Below the pieces are notes generated by a model. It saw only the letters and a program-made list of their open reading frames with translations. It was not told where the DNA came from and did no database searches. Shown here in pieces: positions 12,509-23,612 of a stretch of DNA of 64,000 nt. The number at the start of each line of letters is the position of its first letter. Position 1 is the first letter of the stretch. The translations under genes and the position numbers were made by a program. Source of the DNA: Prevotella sp. (GTDB lineage Bacteria > Bacteroidota > Bacteroidia > Bacteroidales > Dysgonomonadaceae); NCBI GenBank assembly GCA_031285625.1, contig JAITVV010000084.1:64001-128000 (forward strand), in the 5' to 3' direction.

Positions 12509-13592
12509 TAGGATAAAACACATCACATTATTGTGTTTGCTGTTAATCGGTTTTTCATTTCCGGTAAACGCTGCAGACACAGAACATGGTACAGAAGATA
12601 AACTGGATATTGCCGGAATGATTATGGACCACTTGATGGATTCATATGAATGGCATATTGCGACAGCCGGAGAAACCCATATTTCTGTGCCGCTACCTAT
12701 TATCGTATTTAGTGAGACTAACGGACTAAATGTATTCATGTCCTCAAAGTTCCATCACGGTCATGAAGCTTACAATGGCTTCTATATTGCTCCCGATGGT
12801 GACTATAAAGGGAAAATAGTAGAAAAAAATACTGCAGGAGAAGAAGTTCGCCCGTGGGATCTTTCTATTACTAAAAATACGCTATCCCTTATTCTTAGCT
12901 GTATCATATTAGTTTCAATTGTACTTTCCGTGGCAAGTTGGTATAAGAAGAATAATAGTGAAGGTAAATATAAAGCACCGAAAGGATTTGTCGGATTTAT
13001 GGAAATGTTTACAATGAGTATTGTGGATGATGTGATAAAACCATGTGTTGGAAAGAATTACAAAAAATTCACACCATATCTGTTAACGGCCTTCTTCTTT
13101 ATATTTATCAACAACCTGATGGGATTGATACCTATTTTCCCGGGAGGAGCAAATGTAACAGGTAATATTGCCATTACACTGGTATTGGCTGTGTTCACAT
13201 TCTTTGCTGTTAACTTGTTTGGTACAAAAGAATATTGGAAAGAAATATTCTGGCCCGAAGTACCAACATGGCTCAAAGTTCCGGTACCTATTATGCCGGT
13301 TATCGAGATAGTAGGTATGCTGACAAAACCATTTGCATTGATGATTCGTCTTTTTGCCAATATCTTGGCAGGGCACTCTATTGTTCTCGGATTGATGAGT
13401 CTGATATTTGTAACAGCGACATTGGGAACCGTACTGTTTACTTCTATGACTTTCGTTTCTGTTATTATGACCATCTTTATGGATGTTGTGGAAATACTAG
13501 TGGCATACATTCAGGCATATGTATTTACTATGTTGTCAGCCGTATTTATCGGTCTGGCCCAAGTAGAACCACACCATGCTGAAAAGCATTAA
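12501..13592 (+). CDS. atpB: ATP synthase subunit a
   Basis: KPFALMIRLFANILAGH, IQAYVFTMLS. Confidence 0.97.
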   Translation: MSNRIKHITLLCLLLIGFSFPVNAADTEHGTEDKLDIAGMIMDHLMDSYEWHIATAGETHISVPLPIIVFSETNGLNVFMSSKFHHGHEAYNGFYIAPDGDYKGKIVEKNTAGEEVRPWDLSITKNTLSLILSCIILVSIVLSVASWYKKNNSEGKYKAPKGFVGFMEMFTMSIVDDVIKPCVGKNYKKFTPYLLTAFFFIFINNLMGLIPIFPGGANVTGNIAITLVLAVFTFFAVNLFGTKEYWKEIFWPEVPTWLKVPVPIMPVIEIVGMLTKPFALMIRLFANILAGHSIVLGLMSLIFVTATLGTVLFTSMTFVSVIMTIFMDVVEILVAYIQAYVFTMLSAVFIGLAQVEPHHAEKH

Positions 13593-13648
13593 GAGACTTA
13601 ATTTGAAATAATTATAAGAAAAATAAAATTAATTAAATAACTAACTAA

Positions 13649-13924
<276 letters not shown>

Positions 13925-13940
13925 TAAAAAATAAAAAAAT

Positions 13941-14438
13941 ATGCTTTTAAAACCTGAATTTGGTCTTGTAGTATGGATGGTAATATGCTTCGGTATAGTA
14001 TTTATCCTATTGGCAAAATTTGGTTTTCCGGTAATTACCAAAATGGTTTCCGACCGGAAAAACTACATACAGGATTCACTGGATGCTGCTCAAAAAGCAA
14101 ATGAGCAGTTAGCTTCCATCAGGCAAACGAGCGATGAAATACTTTCATCAGCCAAAGCAGAGCAGGTCAAAATATTGAAAGAAGCCGCTGACACCCGCGA
14201 CCGCATCATTAATGAAGCGAAAGAGCAGGCTAAGGTAGCAGGAGCTAAAGAGATGGAAGAAATAAGAAAACAAATTCAGGCAGAAAAAGACCAGGCTATA
14301 CGCGATATTCGCCGTCAGGTAGCAGAACTGTCTGTTGACGTTGCCGAAAAAGTTCTTCGTGATTCTCTGAAAACCTCTAAAGAACAAATGTCAATGATTG
14401 ACCGTCTGGTGGACGAGGCTATGGTATCTAAATCTTAA
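13941..14438 (+). CDS. atpF: ATP synthase subunit b
   Basis: N-terminal TM followed by a coiled coil; operon position. Confidence 0.95.
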   Translation: MLLKPEFGLVVWMVICFGIVFILLAKFGFPVITKMVSDRKNYIQDSLDAAQKANEQLASIRQTSDEILSSAKAEQVKILKEAADTRDRIINEAKEQAKVAGAKEMEEIRKQIQAEKDQAIRDIRRQVAELSVDVAEKVLRDSLKTSKEQMSMIDRLVDEAMVSKS

Positions 14439-14443
14439 TTGTT

Positions 14444-14998
14444 ATGAATGAAGGGATGATTTCTAAGCGATATGCTAAAGCGCTGCTGCTATACGCAGTA
14501 GACCAAAAAGTGGAAGACGCAATGTTTGCGGAAATGAAGAAACTTGCATCAGCATTTCTCCATGAACCCCGGTTACGCATGGCTATGGATAATCCTACAT
14601 TGAACACTGATGATAAACTAGGACTAATTAAAGCGGCTGTAGGAGGAAAACCCAGTGCTGAATTTGTACGGTTTATCGAACTTGTGGTAAAAAACAAGCG
14701 GGAAGTATTCCTCAGAAATATTGCATTATGTTATGTTGACCTGTACTGCGAAGCGAAACATATCAACACCGGAAGGCTGGTAACAGCAACACCTGTAGAC
14801 GATGCAGTTATAGAAAAGATGAAAGGCTTACTACAAAAAATTAAGCCCGGAACGCTCGACTTTGAAACAAGTGTTGACCCTGATATCGAAGGAGGATTTA
14901 TCCTTTTCATTGATACATACAGGTTAGACGCCAGTGTTAAAAACCAGTTGAAACGGATTAAACAAAAGTTTATCGCTGAAAACAGTAAGATTGGATAG
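14444..14998 (+). CDS. atpH: ATP synthase subunit delta
   Basis: SKRYAKAL, VDPDIEGG, DASVKNQL. Confidence 0.95.
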   Translation: MNEGMISKRYAKALLLYAVDQKVEDAMFAEMKKLASAFLHEPRLRMAMDNPTLNTDDKLGLIKAAVGGKPSAEFVRFIELVVKNKREVFLRNIALCYVDLYCEAKHINTGRLVTATPVDDAVIEKMKGLLQKIKPGTLDFETSVDPDIEGGFILFIDTYRLDASVKNQLKRIKQKFIAENSKIG

Positions 14999-15013
14999 TT
15001 AACTAATGTGTCG

Positions 15014-15075
15014 ATTAGCAAATTCGGGAATTAGCAAATTATTGTTTGCATTTTCATATTTGCTAATTTGCTAAT
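15014..15075. repeat. Intergenic direct and inverted short repeats
   Basis: ATTAGCAAATT twice (15014, 15030), then the complementary ATTTGCTAAT twice (15058, 15066). Confidence 0.7.
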
Positions 15076-15106
15076 TTTCAAATTAAAAAATGTAACTTAG
15101 AAATAT

Positions 15107-16693
15107 ATGTCTGAAAATATAAAAGCAAGCGAAGTCTCCGATGTGCTGAAAATGCAGCTTGAGAACATAAGTAGCCGCGTACAGTTTGACGAAGTGGGTA
15201 CTGTTCTGAGTGTAGGAGATGGTGTTGTTCGCATATACGGACTAAAGAATGCAAAGGCTAACGAACTTCTCGAATTCGATAATGGCATTATGGCTGTTGT
15301 GATGAATCTGGAAGAAGACAACGTTGGTGCTGTATTATTAGGACCGTCAGACCAGATCAAGGAAGGATTTTCCGTAAAGCGTACCAACAGGATCGCCTCT
15401 ATCAATGTAGGTGAAGGTATGCTTGGACGTGTAATCACTCCTCTGGGTGAACCATTGGACGGAAAAGGTCCAATTACAGGCGAACTGCTGGAAATGCCGC
15501 TGGAACGTAAAGCTCCGGGGGTAATCTATCGTCAGCCCGTAACTCAGCCCCTTCAAACAGGGTTGAAGGCTGTAGATGCTATGATTCCTATCGGTAGAGG
15601 TCAGCGTGAGCTTATCATCGGTGACCGCCAAACTGGAAAAACAGCTATTGCGATTGACACAATTATCAACCAAAGAAGTAATTATGAAGCTGGAGACCCT
15701 GTTTACTGTATCTATGTAGCCATTGGTCAGAAAGCGTCTACCGTAGCTAATATAGCAGAAATATTGAAGGAAAAAGGAGCTCTCGATTATACAGTTGTAG
15801 TATCTGCTACAGCGGCTGAACCGGCTGCTGTTCAATACTTCGCTGCATTTGCCGGTGCTGCTATCGGTGAATATTTCCGCGATACCGGCCGCCATGCATT
15901 GGTTGTCTATGATGACTTATCAAAACAAGCGGTTGCTTATCGTGAAGTTTCCCTTATCCTTCGCCGTCCACCGGGACGTGAAGCATATCCGGGTGACATA
16001 TTTTATCTGCACTCCCGCTTATTGGAACGTGCTGCTAAAATCATCAGCCAGCAGGAAGTTGCCGAACAGATGAATGACCTTCCGGAAAGCCTGAAAGGCA
16101 AAGTGAAAGCCGGCGGATCACTAACAGCATTGCCTATCATTGAAACACAGGCAGGTGACGTATCGGCATATATCCCGACAAACGTAATTTCGATTACCGA
16201 CGGACAGATATTCCTTGACGGAGACTTATTTAATGCAGGTATGCGTCCGGCTATTGATGTAGGTATTTCCGTTTCGCGTGTGGGAGGTTCAGCTCAGGTG
16301 AAGGCAATGAAAAAAGTTGCCGGAACACTGAAGATAGACCAGGCCCAATATCGTGAATTGGAAGCATTTACCCAATTTGGTGGAGATATGGACCCTGTAA
16401 CAGCAATGACAATAGATAAGGGTAAGAAAAATACAGTATTACTCGTACAACCCCAATATGATCCTATGCCTGTTGAAAAACAGATTGCAATATTATATTG
16501 TGGAACTAATGGCCTATTGCGTCAGGTTCCGACAGATAAAGTACACGATTTCCAGACTGAGTTTTTAAGAACATTAGAAATGCAACATCAGGCTGATGTA
16601 CTGGATCTGTTGAAAAAAGGTGTTATCAACGAAGATGTAGAAAATATTATCAAGCAGATAGCTAAAGATCTTGCATCTCAGTATAAAAAATAA
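15107..16693 (+). CDS. atpA: ATP synthase subunit alpha
   Basis: [26 protein letters not shown]. Confidence 0.99.
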   Translation: MSENIKASEVSDVLKMQLENISSRVQFDEVGTVLSVGDGVVRIYGLKNAKANELLEFDNGIMAVVMNLEEDNVGAVLLGPSDQIKEGFSVKRTNRIASINVGEGMLGRVITPLGEPLDGKGPITGELLEMPLERKAPGVIYRQPVTQPLQTGLKAVDAMIPIGRGQRELIIGDRQTGKTAIAIDTIINQRSNYEAGDPVYCIYVAIGQKASTVANIAEILKEKGALDYTVVVSATAAEPAAVQYFAAFAGAAIGEYFRDTGRHALVVYDDLSKQAVAYREVSLILRRPPGREAYPGDIFYLHSRLLERAAKIISQQEVAEQMNDLPESLKGKVKAGGSLTALPIIETQAGDVSAYIPTNVISITDGQIFLDGDLFNAGMRPAIDVGISVSRVGGSAQVKAMKKVAGTLKIDQAQYRELEAFTQFGGDMDPVTAMTIDKGKKNTVLLVQPQYDPMPVEKQIAILYCGTNGLLRQVPTDKVHDFQTEFLRTLEMQHQADVLDLLKKGVINEDVENIIKQIAKDLASQYKK

Positions 16694-16699
16694 TCAACT

Positions 16700-17581
16700 A
16701 TGGCATCTCTTAAGGAAATAAAAAATAGAATTGGCTCTGTAAAGAGTACAAAGAAGATTACTTCTGCAATGAAGATGATTGCTTCATCGAAACTGCATAA
16801 AGCTCAAAGTGCTATAAATAACTTCCTGCCTTATCAGCAGAAGTTAGATACTATTTTGACGAATCTTCTTTCTTCCGATACAAGCTATGAGTCTCCTTTT
16901 ATTCAAAAAAGAGAAACAAAGAGAGTCGCTATAGTTGCTTTTGCCTCCAATTCGTCTCTGTGCGGTGCATATAACTCGAATGTAATAAAGGAGTTTAATG
17001 CAACCTACAACAAAGAGAAAAAAGAAGTAGGCGCTGAAAATGTACTGATATACCCGGTAGGAAAGAAACTAGCCGACTATGTAAAAAAACAAGGCATCGA
17101 AGCCGAAGGTGATTACAGGGCCATGGCAGATAAACCTTCTTTTCAGGCTGTACAGGATTTAGCAAAAGAATTGATAAAGAAATATATCGATAATGAACTG
17201 GACGAAGTAATATTGATATATCATCACTTTGTATCTACAGCATCACAAAAGTTGAAGAATGTTCAATACCTTCCTTTCGATCTTGATCACAATAAAGGAA
17301 ATGAAGAACAAGCTGAAGATTTTATGGCAGATTATATTCTGGAACCTTCGAAAGAAGAGATATTGGATTCATTAATTCCTACTGTACTATATTCCCGACT
17401 GTATGCGGCATTACTGGATGCAAATGCATCGGAACATGCTGCCCGTACGGTAGCTATGCAAATAGCCTCAGACAATGCAGATGAAATAGCTCAGGAGTTG
17501 ACTATCCAATATAATAAATCGCGCCAACAGGCTGTAACAAACGAACTATTGGATATTATAGGTGGCGCTTCTGCAATATAG
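16700..17581 (+). CDS. atpG: ATP synthase subunit gamma
   Basis: ITSAMKMIA, LCGAYN, ASEHAAR, RQQAVTNEL. Confidence 0.98.
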   Translation: MASLKEIKNRIGSVKSTKKITSAMKMIASSKLHKAQSAINNFLPYQQKLDTILTNLLSSDTSYESPFIQKRETKRVAIVAFASNSSLCGAYNSNVIKEFNATYNKEKKEVGAENVLIYPVGKKLADYVKKQGIEAEGDYRAMADKPSFQAVQDLAKELIKKYIDNELDEVILIYHHFVSTASQKLKNVQYLPFDLDHNKGNEEQAEDFMADYILEPSKEEILDSLIPTVLYSRLYAALLDANASEHAARTVAMQIASDNADEIAQELTIQYNKSRQQAVTNELLDIIGGASAI

Positions 17582-17602
17582 ATAACCAGTTATATAAAAT
17601 AA

Positions 17603-17642
17603 AAACAGGTGGTCGAAAAATTTCGGCCACCTGTTTATTTTT
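17603..17642. terminator. Intrinsic terminator after the atp operon (bidirectional)
   Basis: AAACAGGTGGTCGAAA-aa-TTTCGGCCACCTGTTT followed by a T-rich tail. Confidence 0.85.
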
Positions 17643-17654
17643 ATTCCATACTCC

Positions 17655-19316
17655 TTAGTATATCATTTCTATTTCTATCACCTTATCTTTTGACAGACTA
17701 CAAGTATAAATTATATTATCTGATGTAACAATCGCATTCGCACAATGATGATCTATACTATTGACTAGTTTTCCACTTTTCCTGTCATATACCTTTATAC
17801 CATCATTAGCAAGATACAGCTTATCTTTTGTCATTTCTATGAATTGAGACCGCGGATATTTATGTGTCGGTAAGAATTCCATTTTACCAATATCGAACAT
17901 AACATATTCCCCTTCAAAGATATGTAAAATACCATTCTCTATCCGGAAACAAGACACATTAGGATGATATTTTCCAGACATTGGCAACATCTGTTCAAAG
18001 ATTGTCACTCCTCTCTTCAGATCAACAACAACCAATTCTCCGGAAGGAGCCATATACAATAACTTATCATTATATACTAATGGGTCATCAAAACTATAGC
18101 CATTACCATCAACTGCCATTATATGTTTGAGTTCAATATCAAACCCGTTGATCTGCTCTCCTGTTGATATATCGATTGCTGTCAACCACACCTTATTTTT
18201 CTGAATACATTGCGAATAAGCTCTGTCCTCCCACAGAAACGGTACAGATGTGGATGTCCTGTGCTTAAACTTTGCTTTCACTAATTTGCCCGTTTTACTA
18301 TTAAGTATAGCTAAACAAGAATATATATTGATCATTACAAGCCCACCATCGGTATAGAATTCAGCGCTACCATAAGAAGCAAATGAAAGGGAACTACCAA
18401 CAAGAGTCATCCATTCAGGTACTTTAGTGACCGGAGTAAAACCTTTTTGAGGATCTATAGCTATTACATAATGGCTACTACCAGCTTGACCGACTCCGGC
18501 ATACCATATATCATTATATGACACTGCATGATCGATGCCATCCAGATAAAAACGGCGTTGCTGCCAGAGTATTGAACCTGTCTCAAGACTGACACCCATA
18601 TAATGGGTCTCACTCAGGAGCATTGCATATTTATCATTCACCTTATAGAAATAAAAATAAGAAATACTTCCTTTATCATTTTTTGTTTGTACTCCTCTTA
18701 CTTTTAACGCCTCGCCTTCTTTACGTTCCAATATAGACCAAACCGGTGGTGCTACAATCTCCACAGCAGGTATACCCTGAGGCAGTTTTTTTAGTACCTT
18801 TTCAATGTTCTTATAAAAACTTTTTTTCCCGGCTGGATTTAAAGAATGTGGCTCTACATCAAATGTCATTTCTCCAGCATTATTCTTAATATAAGGATCG
18901 GCACCCATTTTTACGGCAGTAGACCATAGATCAAATTTACCACGGGAACAAAACCAATGTAAAGGTGTATTTCCGGTTTTCTCTTTGATATTAAAAGCAG
19001 CTTCTCCCCCATTTTCTATTGCAATCTGAAAAATAGAATCGGAATAGGATAAAGCTATATAATGTAAAGGTGTACAACCCTTCTTATCCTGATCTGTAAA
19101 TTTACAGCCACACTCTAATGCATAAAGAATAGATTGTCGGGCTACTTCTAATTCATCTCCCTGCAAAAAACTAACCTTTGCTAAAAAATGCAGATAGTTC
19201 CTGCCATCATCAGTTTTAAGGCTGAAATCAGCTTTTTCTCCAATTAATTTTTTAATATTCTCTTTTTCATTACGGAAGTTGAATTTCTCATTGAGTAAGT
19301 CTAAAATAGTTTTCAT
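17655..19316 (-). CDS. Ankyrin-repeat protein with C-terminal PQQ-like beta-propeller
   Basis: GRNYLH, GCTPLH, GNTPLH ankyrin repeats; later 'SLETGSILW', 'AIDISTGE', 'YDRKSGKLV' propeller-type repeats. Confidence 0.75.
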   Translation of the reverse strand: MKTILDLLNEKFNFRNEKENIKKLIGEKADFSLKTDDGRNYLHFLAKVSFLQGDELEVARQSILYALECGCKFTDQDKKGCTPLHYIALSYSDSIFQIAIENGGEAAFNIKEKTGNTPLHWFCSRGKFDLWSTAVKMGADPYIKNNAGEMTFDVEPHSLNPAGKKSFYKNIEKVLKKLPQGIPAVEIVAPPVWSILERKEGEALKVRGVQTKNDKGSISYFYFYKVNDKYAMLLSETHYMGVSLETGSILWQQRRFYLDGIDHAVSYNDIWYAGVGQAGSSHYVIAIDPQKGFTPVTKVPEWMTLVGSSLSFASYGSAEFYTDGGLVMINIYSCLAILNSKTGKLVKAKFKHRTSTSVPFLWEDRAYSQCIQKNKVWLTAIDISTGEQINGFDIELKHIMAVDGNGYSFDDPLVYNDKLLYMAPSGELVVVDLKRGVTIFEQMLPMSGKYHPNVSCFRIENGILHIFEGEYVMFDIGKMEFLPTHKYPRSQFIEMTKDKLYLANDGIKVYDRKSGKLVNSIDHHCANAIVTSDNIIYTCSLSKDKVIEIEMIY

Positions 19317-19382
19317 AAGTTTCGTGTTTCTATGATTTTAATAATAAGGTATACGAATATACAACACATCGGCAGAAAAACA

Positions 19383-19411
19383 AATAGCCGGAATAATTTA
19401 TTCCGGCTATT
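19383..19411 (-). terminator. Hairpin after the P-type ATPase gene
   Basis: AATAGCCGGAATA-att-TATTCCGGCTATT perfect inverted repeat. Confidence 0.75.
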
Positions 19412-19434
19412 CATTCTATTTATAAGAAACCTTA

Positions 19435-22134
19435 TTATTTTGTTTTTATTAGATCAATCTTTCTCATTACATACTTTTCTATTTCTACAATTACAAAAAT
19501 TAAGAATCCAAAAGCAAACGGATATATCCAAAAATGTAATGGCAATTGCACGGTTCCAAATACATCATTCATAAATGGTATGTAAGTTATAAAAAGCTGT
19601 AACAATATAAGTAACCCGGAGACTACAAACACAGCCTTATTACTGAAAAAATCGCGGCTAAAGGCTGACTGCCTTATACTACGGCTATTATAAAGATGGA
19701 ACATTTGGGTAATAACTATAGTCTGGATTGTCACAGTTCTTACAATATCTTCGCTCACTCCGTTAGCCAGAAGATATAAGTTTAATAATAATGTACCGCC
19801 ACCGATAAGAATAGATACAAATAATATTCTCCATATAAAGTAACCATTCAGTAAAGGTGTCCGAGATGACCTCGGAGGTTGTTTCATCGTATCGGGTTCC
19901 AATTTTTCAAAAGCCAAAGCTAACGATATTGTCACCGAAGTAACCATATTAACCCAGAGAATCTGGATAGGCGTAAGTGGCATCAGCGTTCCAAAAAGTA
20001 TACTGGCAATGATAAGAAAACTTTCAGCACCATTTGTAGGTAATATAAATAGAATCGTCTTTTTCAGATTATCGTATACCCTCCTGCCCTCTTCTACAGC
20101 TGCAGCAATGGTCGAAAAATTATCGTCAGCCAAAACCATCTCGGCTGCATCTTTGGTCACTTCCGTTCCTTTTATCCCCATTGCAATACCCACATCCGCT
20201 TTTTTTAATGCAGGAGCATCGTTGACTCCGTCTCCAGTCATAGCACATATTATATTACGTGCCTGAAGGGCTTTCACCAGGCGAAGTTTATGTTCCGGAC
20301 TAGTACGGGCAAAGATATTATATTCAAGTGCTGCCTCTTCCAGTTCTTCGTCGGCCATCCGTTCTATAGCTTTTCCCTCCAATGCCATGGAGCCGTCACC
20401 AATTCCCATATCTTTACCGATAGATTTTGCTGTTTCAATGTGGTCGCCGGTTATCATTTTCACAGTTATACCAGCCTGTGCACATTGCCCTATAGCTTCA
20501 ATCGCTTCTTCTCTAGGAGGGTCAATAATACCTGCTAATCCTAAAAAGACTACCCCTTCCTGGATATCTTCATGCGATAATTTCTTTTTTTGTTTGTCGA
20601 CAATTTTATATGCGCCACCTATTATACGCTGTCCATTGCCGGCTAACCCGTGTATCTTAGACTCCCAATATTTCCTGTCAAATACTTTTAGTCCATCTTC
20701 CGACAATTGTTTATCAGCCATACCGAGGAGACGATCCGGAGCACCCTTTATGTAAATGATATTTTTATCTTCACATTCAGCCAAAGTAGCCATGTATTTA
20801 TATTCAGAGTCGAAAGGAATTGTAGCCAGCCTGTCGGTCTCATGATGGTCTACAGGTGCTTTCTCGTACAGAGTAATCAAGGCTCCTTCTGTAGGATCTC
20901 CTTTTACGTACCAGTTGCCTTCATCATCCTTACCCAACGATGCTTCGTTACAAATATAAAAACAACCGACAAGTTCATCTAAAACAGGCTCTGAAGAAAA
21001 ATCAGCTTTCTCTTCAGCCTTCATTATATCACCTTTAGGTGAATAGCCTGTTCCCGTTACATGAAACTCTCCGGTAGCAGTAATCAGGCTTTTAACTGTC
21101 ATCTCATTTTTGGTAAGAGTTCCTGTTTTATCAGAACATATAACAGCAACCGATCCCAGGGTCTCCACAGAGGGCAGAGTACGTACAATTGCATTCCGTT
21201 TAGCCATATTTTGAACTCCTATAGCAAGGATTATTGACAATATAGCCGGCAATCCTTCAGGTATGGCTGCTACAGCAAGTCCAATGACTGACATTAATAG
21301 TTCGCCTGTCTGATAATCACGAAAGAAATAACCAAATGCAAATACAAGTATGGCAATAACAATTATCACCATAGATACCGTTTTACCAAAGCTTGCTGTT
21401 TGTTTGAGCAGGGGAGTCGTTATTTGCTTTACCTCTGACATCATACGGTTAATCTTCCCTATTTCGGTATCTTGCCCTATTGCCACCACAGCACCAATTC
21501 CTGTGCCCGCACTAACTGTAGTTGTAGAAAATGCCATATTCGTCCGGTCACCTAATGGTGTATCGGCATCAATAACTGTTACATTCTTTTCAGAAGGTAC
21601 AGATTCCCCTGTCAGGGCAGACTCTTCAATCCGAAGATTATCTGATTTGATGATTCTAAGATCAGCAGGTATTTTATCTCCCGGATGAAGGATTACAATA
21701 TCCCCTACGGCAAGATGCGAGGCTCCAATTTCAACTCTTTTTCCATCCCTTATTATTTGTGCTGTATGCGACAACATCTTTTTTATGTCCTCCAGTGCTT
21801 TCTCAGCCTTATTCTCCTGAAAGAAACCAATACTGGCATTTACAACAGCCACTATTACTATCACAATTGTATCTACCCAATGACCCAAAAGTGCAGTAAC
21901 TACTGCAGCTATAAGAAGTATATAGATTAGTATATCATTGAAGTGTTTAAAAAAGCGAATTAATCTGCTTTCTTTTTTCTTTTCAGGCAATACATTCTCT
22001 CCAAATTTGTTAAGACGTTCCTGCGCCTCAACTTCAGATAACCCTTTGGTCGAATTTGTACCAAGTAATTCAATTACCTCTTTCGTTTCCTGAGAATGCC
22101 AGCTTTTATTTGTCACTCTTTTTTCTCTTTCCAT
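19435..22134 (-). CDS. Cation-transporting P-type ATPase (P2-type)
   Basis: TGES, PEGL, DKTGTLT, KGAP, TGD, GDGVND. Confidence 0.95.
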   Translation of the reverse strand: MEREKRVTNKSWHSQETKEVIELLGTNSTKGLSEVEAQERLNKFGENVLPEKKKESRLIRFFKHFNDILIYILLIAAVVTALLGHWVDTIVIVIVAVVNASIGFFQENKAEKALEDIKKMLSHTAQIIRDGKRVEIGASHLAVGDIVILHPGDKIPADLRIIKSDNLRIEESALTGESVPSEKNVTVIDADTPLGDRTNMAFSTTTVSAGTGIGAVVAIGQDTEIGKINRMMSEVKQITTPLLKQTASFGKTVSMVIIVIAILVFAFGYFFRDYQTGELLMSVIGLAVAAIPEGLPAILSIILAIGVQNMAKRNAIVRTLPSVETLGSVAVICSDKTGTLTKNEMTVKSLITATGEFHVTGTGYSPKGDIMKAEEKADFSSEPVLDELVGCFYICNEASLGKDDEGNWYVKGDPTEGALITLYEKAPVDHHETDRLATIPFDSEYKYMATLAECEDKNIIYIKGAPDRLLGMADKQLSEDGLKVFDRKYWESKIHGLAGNGQRIIGGAYKIVDKQKKKLSHEDIQEGVVFLGLAGIIDPPREEAIEAIGQCAQAGITVKMITGDHIETAKSIGKDMGIGDGSMALEGKAIERMADEELEEAALEYNIFARTSPEHKLRLVKALQARNIICAMTGDGVNDAPALKKADVGIAMGIKGTEVTKDAAEMVLADDNFSTIAAAVEEGRRVYDNLKKTILFILPTNGAESFLIIASILFGTLMPLTPIQILWVNMVTSVTISLALAFEKLEPDTMKQPPRSSRTPLLNGYFIWRILFVSILIGGGTLLLNLYLLANGVSEDIVRTVTIQTIVITQMFHLYNSRSIRQSAFSRDFFSNKAVFVVSGLLILLQLFITYIPFMNDVFGTVQLPLHFWIYPFAFGFLIFVIVEIEKYVMRKIDLIKTK

Positions 22135-22323
22135 TCTTACTTTTTCAATTTTTTTGTCTGATTATTTAACATAGTGGTTATATTTTAACAATTAAAGATG
22201 TAAAAAGTTTGGTTGTAACAATCTACCCTGCCTAATCAAAACATAAGCAGAAATAATTTTAAGTGTATAACAAACTATCTAAAAAAAGTAATTACCTTTG
22301 TTATATCAATATAGAGAATAATA

Positions 22324-22446
22324 ATGAAAACAATATCGCTTATACAACAGCATTATTTTCACAGTGACGATTCCTGTATTTTACATGATTTCTTTAAAAT
22401 TTAGATATCATCCTCGAAGAAGTTTTCTTTTTCGGGGATTTTTTTT
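22324..22446 (+). promoter_or_regulatory. Putative pyrL-like leader peptide (22324-22404, 26 aa) and attenuator upstream of pyrB
   Basis: Promoter TACCTTTG at 22293-22300, ORF MKTISLIQQHYFHSDDSCILHDFFKI*, then hairpin ATCCTCGAAGAAG-tttt-CTTTTTCGGGGAT and a T run. Confidence 0.6.
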
Positions 22447-22658
22447 GAAGTATTTATCTAATATAAAGATATTTGACATATGAAAGAACGATAAAATAAG
22501 AAATGAAAAAAGTAACAGATAAAACATATAAAAAAGTGTCACCTTTGTCACCTTTTTCTTCCAAAAACCTGGTTATTAACCATTTGACAAATTTACGAAG
22601 TGTTACTTTTTACTTTATCTCCAATCAGATATAAATAACTCTTACAAAATAGACTGTT

Positions 22659-23576
22659 ATGTGCAACAAAAGCCTGGTATCAATCACAGATTATTCGAAG
22701 GAAGATATCCTGAGAATACTCCACCTGACAAAAAAATTTGATGAACAACCTAACAGGAGACTACTGGAAGGAAAAATCTGCGCCACTTTATTTTTTGAAC
22801 CTTCTACGCGTACACGCCTTAGTTTCGAAACGGCTGTAAACCGTCTGGGAGGCCGTATTATTGGTTTTTCTGATGCAGCTACCACCAGTTCATCAAAAGG
22901 GGAAACATTAAAGGACACCATCCTGATGGTAAACAACTATGCTGATATTATCATCATGCGTCATCATCTGGAAGGCGCTGCCCGGTATGCATCTGAGGTT
23001 TCATCCATACCTATTATTAATGCAGGAGACGGAGCAAATCAACACCCTACTCAAACAATGCTGGATATGTATTCCATATTTAAGACACAAGGGACTCTGG
23101 ATAACCTGACAATCACAATTGTAGGAGACCTGAAGTATGGAAGAACGGTACACTCGCTTATTATAGGTATGTCACACTTCAATCCTACCTTTCTATTCGT
23201 TGCTCCCGAAGAATTGAGCCTGCCCGATCCATATAAGGCATTTTGCGACAGCCATAATATCAAATATGAAGAACATACCGATTTTTCGCCGGAAGTGATC
23301 AATAAAGCAGATATAATCTACATGACACGTGTTCAGCGTGAACGCTTTACAGATCTGATGGAATATGAAAAAGTAAAGAACATATATATCCTCAGAAAAG
23401 ATATGTTGGAAGGTACTAAGGACAATCTGAAAATACTGCATCCCCTACCCCGCGTAAATGAAATACAACAAGATGTGGATGACAGCCCAAAAGCATATTA
23501 CTTCGAACAGGCTAAGAACGGTATGTTTACCCGTGAAGCTGTGATATGTGATGCACTAGGAATAGAGGTTGAATAA
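22659..23576 (+). CDS. pyrB: Aspartate carbamoyltransferase catalytic subunit
   Basis: [33 protein letters not shown]. Confidence 0.99.
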   Translation: MCNKSLVSITDYSKEDILRILHLTKKFDEQPNRRLLEGKICATLFFEPSTRTRLSFETAVNRLGGRIIGFSDAATTSSSKGETLKDTILMVNNYADIIIMRHHLEGAARYASEVSSIPIINAGDGANQHPTQTMLDMYSIFKTQGTLDNLTITIVGDLKYGRTVHSLIIGMSHFNPTFLFVAPEELSLPDPYKAFCDSHNIKYEEHTDFSPEVINKADIIYMTRVQRERFTDLMEYEKVKNIYILRKDMLEGTKDNLKILHPLPRVNEIQQDVDDSPKAYYFEQAKNGMFTREAVICDALGIEVE

Positions 23577-23612
23577 GTTGTGAGTAAAAAAGTTAAGAAA
23601 AAAACCTGAATT

